A stretch of DNA of 32,011 nucleotides from a virus (taxonomy: Duplodnaviria; Caudoviricetes). The position numbers were made by a program, and so were the translations under genes. Shown here piece after piece: positions 25,677 through 32,011 of this stretch. The stretch lies in the IMG/VR virus record IMGVR_UViG_3300046000_000230, positions 1 through 32,011 of that record. One strand, written 5' to 3'. The notes under the pieces are model-generated. The model saw only the letters and a list, made by a program, of their open reading frames with translations. It ran no database searches and was not told the origin of the DNA. Numbering within the stretch: position 1 is the first letter of the stretch; every line of letters begins with the position of its first letter.

Positions 25677-27719
25677 ATGTCAGCACAACAAATAGCCACT
25701 ACCTTGGGTAACGCAAAGAAGGTAGGCAATGGTTACCTAGCAAGTTGTCCTGTTCCTCATCATGGTCAGGGCAATGGAGACAAGAATCCATCTCTATCAG
25801 TGACAGATGGTGAGGATGGCAACATACTCTTTAAGTGTCATGGTGGGTGCGATCAGCAATCAGTGTTCAGCACCATCAAGGACATGGGACTCCTCCCACA
25901 GCTACCAGACAGACCAGAATACCTTTCAAATGTCAGACCCATCATGCCAGCAATACCAATCCTAGAAAATGAATGGGTCTATACAGACGAGAACGAGTTA
26001 CCCCTATTCCTCAAGCAAAGATACAAGACCTTTGATGCCAAAGGTAAGACCTATAAGACTCTCAGAGTCATGGCTGATGGCAGTCGGGTAGGGAAGTTGG
26101 GAGATTGCAGAATCGTGCCTTACAGATTGCCCGAGGTGCAACAGGCGGTTGCCGAGGGTAGAGCAATCTACATCTGTGAGGGTGAAAAGGCGGCAGATGC
26201 CTTGTGCAGTCTGGGAGTCGTAGCCACAACATCTCACGCTGGTGCAGGGAACTGGAATCCTGACTTGAACCAATACTTCACAGGCGCAAATGTCGTTGTA
26301 GTGCCAGACAATGATGCCGCTGGTTGGGGTTATGCAGACAAGATCGTTCAGTCGTTGCTTTCAGTGGTCAAAAGCATCAGGGTCATTGATCTGGAGTTGC
26401 CAAAGCCAAAGGAAGACGCATACGAGTTTGTCTACAAGTATTCAGGCACGAAGGAAATACTGGCAAGCAAAGCCAAGAAGTCTCAGCCCCTGACTGCTGA
26501 AGATGTCATCCTGATACCCAAAAGATTGATCGAATCAGCAATTGATGACCTGTTAAGCCACAACAATGAACCCAGAGAAGAGCAACAACCTAGTGAGTCG
26601 CAAAGAAAGAAGCTAGTTGTCGAGTCTTGGGACTCGATCAAGGATGAACCAGTTGAGTGGCTGATAGATTCCATCATCCCAAAGAAAGCCTTTGTTGCCC
26701 TGTACGCACCACCAGCAAGTTACAAGTCATTCATCTCCCTCGATTTGGCAGAAGCAATTGCAACTGGTCGGGATTGGATGGGTTACAGGATACCTAAGAA
26801 AGGCGCAGTTCTTTACATTTGCGGTGAGGGTCATGGTGGCATGGGCGCAAGGGTGAAGGCTTGCAAGATACAGAACCAAAGTCCTGATGGCGCAAACTTG
26901 TACATCATCAGAGCGCAATTGAACCTCAGATCGTCACCAGAAGACTTTGCCGAACTCCTCAACGCAATCAATGACCTGATTGCTGAGATAGATGAGCCTT
27001 TAGAGATCATCATCCTTGACACCCTGATGAGGATGTCTGGTGGTGGCTTCAACGAGAACAGTTCCGAAGATATGGGTGCATTCATCACCCAAGCAGGGAA
27101 GCTACAGGAAATCTTTGAATGTGCTTTGATGGTGATTCACCACAGCGGCAAAGATGTCACCAAAGGACTGCGAGGTCACTCCTCCTTACTTGGTGCTGTG
27201 GACACTGAACTTGAGATACAAAGGCAAGATTCGGTCATCAACTCATCAGATGCGAGCGTGATAGGGAATGCAATTCTTACCGTCAGTAAGCAAAAGGATG
27301 GCGCTGACAGCATCCAGATCGGCATTGAGATCGTGTCGGTGGAGATCGGGAAATCGGACTTGGGCTTTGAAATACTCACCTCATTAGCCATCAGGCAGAA
27401 CCAAGACATAGCCAGCACTACCCAAAAGGGGAGCAAAAACAATGCGGGTAGCGGTGGAAATCAGCGTTTGGAGATGGATTCGTTAATGAAAGTGATTAAG
27501 GCTAAAGCATCATATCGTGAAGTAGATGGTACTAGTCGGTATGGAGTGGCTTTGGACGATTGGAGGGCTGAGTTTTGGTCTATGAAGGGTTGCTCTGAGG
27601 AGGATAAAGCGTCCTTTAAGAAGGCTTGGTTGCGTGCCAGAGAGAGATTGGTAGCCGTAAATAAGATTGTCATTGGGGACAATTGGGTATGGTTGAAGGC
27701 TAGTTCGGAGGGATTCTGA
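25677..27719 (+). CDS. Primase-helicase (Zn-binding, TOPRIM, RepA/AAA_25-like helicase)
   Basis: CPVPHH...CHGGC; ICEGEKAADAL and PDND; APPASYKS (Walker A), IILDT (Walker B) and HHSGKD..GLRGHS. Confidence 0.9.
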   Translation: MSAQQIATTLGNAKKVGNGYLASCPVPHHGQGNGDKNPSLSVTDGEDGNILFKCHGGCDQQSVFSTIKDMGLLPQLPDRPEYLSNVRPIMPAIPILENEWVYTDENELPLFLKQRYKTFDAKGKTYKTLRVMADGSRVGKLGDCRIVPYRLPEVQQAVAEGRAIYICEGEKAADALCSLGVVATTSHAGAGNWNPDLNQYFTGANVVVVPDNDAAGWGYADKIVQSLLSVVKSIRVIDLELPKPKEDAYEFVYKYSGTKEILASKAKKSQPLTAEDVILIPKRLIESAIDDLLSHNNEPREEQQPSESQRKKLVVESWDSIKDEPVEWLIDSIIPKKAFVALYAPPASYKSFISLDLAEAIATGRDWMGYRIPKKGAVLYICGEGHGGMGARVKACKIQNQSPDGANLYIIRAQLNLRSSPEDFAELLNAINDLIAEIDEPLEIIILDTLMRMSGGGFNENSSEDMGAFITQAGKLQEIFECALMVIHHSGKDVTKGLRGHSSLLGAVDTELEIQRQDSVINSSDASVIGNAILTVSKQKDGADSIQIGIEIVSVEIGKSDLGFEILTSLAIRQNQDIASTTQKGSKNNAGSGGNQRLEMDSLMKVIKAKASYREVDGTSRYGVALDDWRAEFWSMKGCSEEDKASFKKAWLRARERLVAVNKIVIGDNWVWLKASSEGF

Positions 27720-27735
27720 TATGTATGTTTATACA

Positions 27736-27852
27736 GTGACAAACGGGACAAACGGGGACAAATGTCCCAAATGTCCCCCCGAGGAGATGGGGACAAACCA
27801 CCTCAGGTCTATGTACCTGAGGTTTGTCTCCTGTCACTTTGTCTCTTTGTCT
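27736..27852. repeat. GACAAA/TGTC iteron-like repeats with palindrome (putative origin)
   Basis: GACAAA at 27738, 27747, 27757 and 27792, with inverted TGTC copies and the hairpin acctcaggt-ctatgt-acctgaggt. Confidence 0.7.
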
Positions 27853-27872
27853 TTTTGTAAAGGAAATTGAAA

Positions 27873-28523
27873 ATGAGTCGTTCACGATCAAGAAAAGATG
27901 TTCCAGATGTTCAAGTACCTAAACAGCAAGCAACGGTTTGGGAGATTCAGTCTAATGCTGTGTTGATGGAATTGGAGACTAGGAAAGAGCTTCATCATCA
28001 AAATTGGGGAATTGATAGGTTGATTACTTTAGTTGACAGTGAGTTTAGGGTTAAGTTTTGGGGTCAGATGGGTAGGGTTTGGGACAGTCTGGAGTTTGGG
28101 GACATTGAGAGACTCAAGAAAGCTGTTCAAGGAATGGTCAAAGGTTATGAGGCTTTGGAGAAGTGGGGTACAGAGAATGGAGTGCCACAGAATCCAAAGA
28201 CCAAGTTCTTGGAGTGGAAAACTCAGGATGGGAAAATCGTTGCAGTTGTCCAGACCATTAACGATAGCCTTGACCTACAGCGTGAACGCAAAGACTTGAA
28301 CACGATCTGGACACTGGAAGAGTTCGAGATTGTCCTAGCCGACCCCTTTGTTCAAGAGATCATGTCGTTGAAGGCACTTGACCCAACTGCACAGGTCAAG
28401 ATGTTCAAGAAGACAGCACCCATCAGTACAGGCTCTGGCTTTGATGACATGGAAGATGACCTAGAGCCTGTATATGGTGGGACTGAACCGCCTAAGATGT
28501 TTCACTTGCCGCATAAGAAGTGA
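27873..28523 (+). CDS. Hypothetical protein
   Basis: AAGGA RBS; WGIDRLITLV motif. Confidence 0.75.
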   Translation: MSRSRSRKDVPDVQVPKQQATVWEIQSNAVLMELETRKELHHQNWGIDRLITLVDSEFRVKFWGQMGRVWDSLEFGDIERLKKAVQGMVKGYEALEKWGTENGVPQNPKTKFLEWKTQDGKIVAVVQTINDSLDLQRERKDLNTIWTLEEFEIVLADPFVQEIMSLKALDPTAQVKMFKKTAPISTGSGFDDMEDDLEPVYGGTEPPKMFHLPHKK

Positions 28524-28735
28524 TGGGTAAAGGCAGACCATCCAGTTTGAATGTCAAATACTTTCAGCGGCAACTCGGTGAGGCTGAAAGGACAATCCTT
28601 GCTTGTGCTGGCGATGGTGACATATCGTTAGGGTTCAAAGTGGTCATTGAATCCTTTGCGGTTTTATGGGAAGCTGGATACAGACCTCAGAACGATTTAT
28701 CTGATTTCCTAGGGCTAGATACAGACGAGGAGTGA
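28520..28735 (+). CDS. Hypothetical protein
   Basis: GTGA coupling; N-terminal GRP motif. Confidence 0.6.
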   Translation: MMGKGRPSSLNVKYFQRQLGEAERTILACAGDGDISLGFKVVIESFAVLWEAGYRPQNDLSDFLGLDTDEE

Positions 28736-28914
28736 AAGCCTGTTCTAGCCCTGTTTAAAGGCTTTCTAGCGGCATTACCAGTTATGTGTTCTGCCTAGCC
28801 TTTTTTAATATTTGCAAATGCGAATCAATATCATTATCAAGTACCCCAATAATGCACCCTCCGCCTCTTTCCCTCTCCGCCTCCCCGCCAGATTTCGATT
28901 TGCCGATTTTCGAG

Positions 28915-28957
28915 TTATCCACAGGTTATCCACAGATTTGGATGGGAGTTATCCACA
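28915..28957 (+). promoter_or_regulatory. Three perfect DnaA boxes (TTATCCACA)
   Basis: Exact copies at 28915, 28926 and 28949; one-mismatch TTGTCCACA at 29131. Confidence 0.8.
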
Positions 28958-29391
28958 TTTGCCCCGATTGGTTTAATTTTGCGTCTCAGTTCCTGTAAGT
29001 TTGTAATACTTCCTGTGATTTTGACTTAACATAATGGACATTGTATTAAATGGAATTTGTAAGCAATCTGCAAGTTACAGAAAATGTCTAGGAAAATCAA
29101 GCACTTACAGGCGCACCTCTGCAAATGGAGTTGTCCACAGAAAAAAGTTCTCAAATTTTTGCAGGGGGGGGGAGGGGGGTCGGTCGGTCGGTCGAAGTTG
29201 TGGGGGCATCCGACCCACCGAAAAAGTGAAAATGGAAAAAAAAGGCGAAGAGTCCACTATCCGCTACGAAAAAAAAGGAGTTGGTGGCTCCCATGAAGCA
29301 GGGTCTGGGCGCAATTCAACAACGAAAGAAACCCAACGGAGCTAAACCGTTTCCACCAACGCTGATAAATCTAGCATATCAAGCCACAATT

Positions 29392-29400
29392 TGCTATAGT
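29392..29400 (+). promoter_or_regulatory. Candidate extended -10 promoter for the packaging/structural operon
   Basis: TGcTATAGT about 35 nt before the terS start. Confidence 0.4.
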
Positions 29401-29435
29401 CCCCACCTATCACGCCCACAAAGACAAGGACAATC

Positions 29436-29867
29436 GTGAAAATAGAACAGATTGACAGCATCCAAGATGAAAGCCCACAGCCACAGCTAGACAAGAAGAA
29501 AGCTGGCAGACCCAAGGGCATCTATGGCTTAAAGCGTCAGATACAGGAGTACGCAAGGAATCCTGACTTAGCGTTGCCCAAGACTGACAGCCAGAGAATC
29601 AAAGACTTGAAGGATATGCTTATCAAGTCTAGCGGTAAGGATGTTGTCGAGAAGATGATTTCCATTGCGTTAAACGACAACCATCCTGCTCAAATGGCGG
29701 CTATCAAGATGTGCGTAGACCGCACACTACCTGTTTCCATGTTTGAAAAGGATAAGAGCCAGAGGAGTGCAGTCACCATCAATATCACTGGCATAGGCGC
29801 ACCAGTAGTCTCACCAACGACAATTGAGCCAGATGACATTCAAGACATAGAGGCTAAGAATGGCTGA
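29436..29867 (+). CDS. terS: Terminase small subunit
   Basis: GRPKG motif, helical core and VTINITG; overlaps the terL start; AAGGA RBS. Confidence 0.7.
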   Translation: MKIEQIDSIQDESPQPQLDKKKAGRPKGIYGLKRQIQEYARNPDLALPKTDSQRIKDLKDMLIKSSGKDVVEKMISIALNDNHPAQMAAIKMCVDRTLPVSMFEKDKSQRSAVTINITGIGAPVVSPTTIEPDDIQDIEAKNG

Positions 29868-31119
29868 CCTGAACTTTGCGCTATTGCCTTGGCAACAGGA
29901 TGTGTATGCCGACAAGACGAGGTTCAAGGTTGTGGTGGCGGGGCGTAGATGTGGTAAGTCTAGGTTAGCAGTCACTACGCTACTGATTGAAGGTTTAAGC
30001 TGTCCCTCTGGCAGTGCTGTGCTTTATGTCGCACCTACCCAAGGTCAGGCGAGACAGATTATTTGGGATGTTTTGCTTGACATTGGCAGGGAGATCATCA
30101 CCAGTAGCCATGTGAACAACATGGAAGTGACTTTGATTAACGGTGCAAAGATATACATCAGGGGGTCAGACAGACCCGACACCTTGCGAGGTGTGTCTTT
30201 GACTTATGCAGTTCTGGACGAGGTTGCCGACATTAAGCCTGAGACTTGGGAACAGGTCATTCGTGCTTCACTCTCAGACAAGCGTGGCAGAGCGATGTTC
30301 ATTGGGACACCCAAGGGTCGAAACTGGTTCTATGACCTGTACAACTTGGGGCAAGAAGGCGAAGACCCTGATTGGAAAAGTTGGCATTTCACCACTAAAG
30401 ATAACCCACTTATTGACCCTACAGAGATTGAATCTGCCAAGAAAACCTTGAGTTCCTTTGCGTTCAAACAAGAATACCTAGCCAGTTTCGACAATGCGGG
30501 GAGTGATGTCTTCAAGGAGGAGTGGCTGAAGTATGGGGAAATCCCTGATATTGGTAGCTATTTCATAGCGGTTGACTTGGCGGGGTTTGAGGAGGTGGCA
30601 AAGCAAGCCGCCAACTCTAAGAAGCGTCTAGACCAGAGTGCCATTGCGGTGGTGAAGGTGACTGATGATGGCAAGTGGTATGTTGAGAAGATTGAGTATG
30701 GGCGGTGGGACATCAGGACTACTGCCGCCAACATCTTGCTGGCGATCAGGGACTACAAGCCAATATCCATCGGGATTGAGCGTGGGGCATTAAAAAATGC
30801 GGTACTTCCCTATTTGTCTGATTTAATGCGAAAATCCAATGTGTACGCTCATATTGTGGATTTGACGCATGGGAATCGCAAGAAGTCAGATCGAATCATT
30901 TGGGCATTGCAAGGACGCTTTGAGCATGGCAGAATCGTGCTTAACAAGGATGAGGATTGGTCGGAGTTCGTTGACCAGTTGCTGATGTACCCATCCCAAG
31001 GGGTACACGATGATCTTCCTGATGCGTTAAGTTATATAGATCAGTTATCTATAACCTCATACTTTGAGGCAGATGATGAAGACGAGTGGCAACCAATCGA
31101 CATCATTAGCGGTATATGA
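29860..31119 (+). CDS. terL: Terminase large subunit
   Basis: AGRRCGKS (Walker A), VLDE (Walker B), GTPKG.NWFY, AVDLAG and HDDLPDA. Confidence 0.95.
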   Translation: MADLNFALLPWQQDVYADKTRFKVVVAGRRCGKSRLAVTTLLIEGLSCPSGSAVLYVAPTQGQARQIIWDVLLDIGREIITSSHVNNMEVTLINGAKIYIRGSDRPDTLRGVSLTYAVLDEVADIKPETWEQVIRASLSDKRGRAMFIGTPKGRNWFYDLYNLGQEGEDPDWKSWHFTTKDNPLIDPTEIESAKKTLSSFAFKQEYLASFDNAGSDVFKEEWLKYGEIPDIGSYFIAVDLAGFEEVAKQAANSKKRLDQSAIAVVKVTDDGKWYVEKIEYGRWDIRTTAANILLAIRDYKPISIGIERGALKNAVLPYLSDLMRKSNVYAHIVDLTHGNRKKSDRIIWALQGRFEHGRIVLNKDEDWSEFVDQLLMYPSQGVHDDLPDALSYIDQLSITSYFEADDEDEWQPIDIISGI

Positions 31120-31128
31120 GGGCATTAA

Positions 31129-32011
31129 ATGGCAACAGATAAAGAAGTCAAACTTGAACAGAACGAATATTATGAGCCAACTGAGGCTGATAAAGAACTG
31201 ACAGCATTTGTTACTGACCATTGCACCAAGTGGCGTGACTACAGGGACACCAACTTCCTCCCTGATTGGCTTGAGTATGAGCGCATCTTTCGTGGTCAAT
31301 GGGCTGTAGAAGACAAGACTCGTGAGTCAGAGCGTAGCCGTATCGTTACTCCTGCCACTCAGCAAGCAGTTGAGACTCGTCACGCTGAGATCATGGAAGC
31401 AATCTTTGGTCAAGGTGAGTTCTTTGACATTGAAGACAATATCCAAGATATAAACGGTAACCCCATTGATGTTGAGTTGATTAAGGCTCAACTGACTGAA
31501 GACTTTAAGAAGGACAAAATCAGAAAAGCTATCGACCAGATCGAGTTGATGGCTGAAATCTATGGGACAGGCATTGGCGAGATTATCGTCAAGACCGAAA
31601 AAGAGTTTATCCCTGCTACTCAAGCAATTCCCAATATGCAAGGTCAAGCCGCAATTGGTGTGATTGAGCGAGACAGGATTGGCGTGAAAATCATGCCGAT
31701 CAACCCTAAGAACTTCCTGTTTGACCCTAACGGCACATCCATTGATGACTGTATGGGTGTTGCTATTGAGAAGTATGTCTCAATACACAAGATTGTTGCT
31801 GGCATTGAAAAAGGCATCTACCGCAAGGTCGACATCACCCCTACCTATGAAGACACCGATCTTGAGCCTACCCAAGAGGTGAGCCAGTATCAGGATGAAA
31901 AAGTACTGTTGCTGACCTACTATGGTCTTGTGCCTCGTGAGTACCTGAACAACTTGGCAGAAAATAAAGACATCGTTGACTTGTTCCCTGAGAACTCAGC
32001 GGCTGAAGACT
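31129..32011 (+). CDS. Portal protein, 5' part (runs off the end; absent from ORF track)
   Basis: ATG 31129, MATDKEVKLEQNEYY...WLEYERIFRGQW; open to the end and joins ORF 27..1322 in frame. Confidence 0.88.
   Translation, partial: MATDKEVKLEQNEYYEPTEADKELTAFVTDHCTKWRDYRDTNFLPDWLEYERIFRGQWAVEDKTRESERSRIVTPATQQAVETRHAEIMEAIFGQGEFFDIEDNIQDINGNPIDVELIKAQLTEDFKKDKIRKAIDQIELMAEIYGTGIGEIIVKTEKEFIPATQAIPNMQGQAAIGVIERDRIGVKIMPINPKNFLFDPNGTSIDDCMGVAIEKYVSIHKIVAGIEKGIYRKVDITPTYEDTDLEPTQEVSQYQDEKVLLLTYYGLVPREYLNNLAENKDIVDLFPENSAAED
31886..32011. repeat. 126-bp terminal direct repeat, right copy
   Basis: Identical to 4-129. Confidence 0.95.

Noticed and set aside
27736-27852. Repeats as a mini-CRISPR array
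   Set aside because: The units are 6-10 bp, in both orientations, without spacers.
28786-29345. ORFs 28786..28998, 29034..29345 and 29084..29296
   Set aside because: They lack a convincing RBS and run through DnaA boxes and homopolymer tracts; the region is probably non-coding.

Overview
This window is an apparently complete ~31.9 kb circular or circularly permuted tailed-phage genome. Bases 4-129 repeat exactly at 31886-32011, and the portal gene reads in frame across the junction. The virion module is podovirus-like (P22/T7-style): terS, terL, portal, fibre, scaffold, capsid, tail adaptor and nozzle, and three ejection proteins. The lysis block is of the Gram-negative type (holin candidate, Rz with embedded Rz1, M15 peptidase). 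A leftward block of small early genes follows, then a divergent promoter region and a replication module (Cro-like HTH, RuvC-like resolvase, PD-(D/E)XK nuclease, SSB-like protein, C5-methyltransferase, primase-helicase). I saw no integrase, CI repressor, DNA polymerase, tRNA or CRISPR array. Highlights: (1) two unrelated HNH-type endonuclease genes each sit inside the 5' end of a neighbouring gene, with a diverged duplicate of that gene's start on either side; (2) the methyltransferase gene is fully double-coded, with a 243-aa +1-frame ORF carrying the motif IX-like segment (M.EcoHK31I alpha/beta-like); (3) a cluster of perfect DnaA boxes and a separate GACAAA iteron/palindrome region; (4) extra membrane and lipoprotein genes in the lysis block, one with a probable ATT start. 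All functional calls come from motifs and gene order read by eye; no searches were run.
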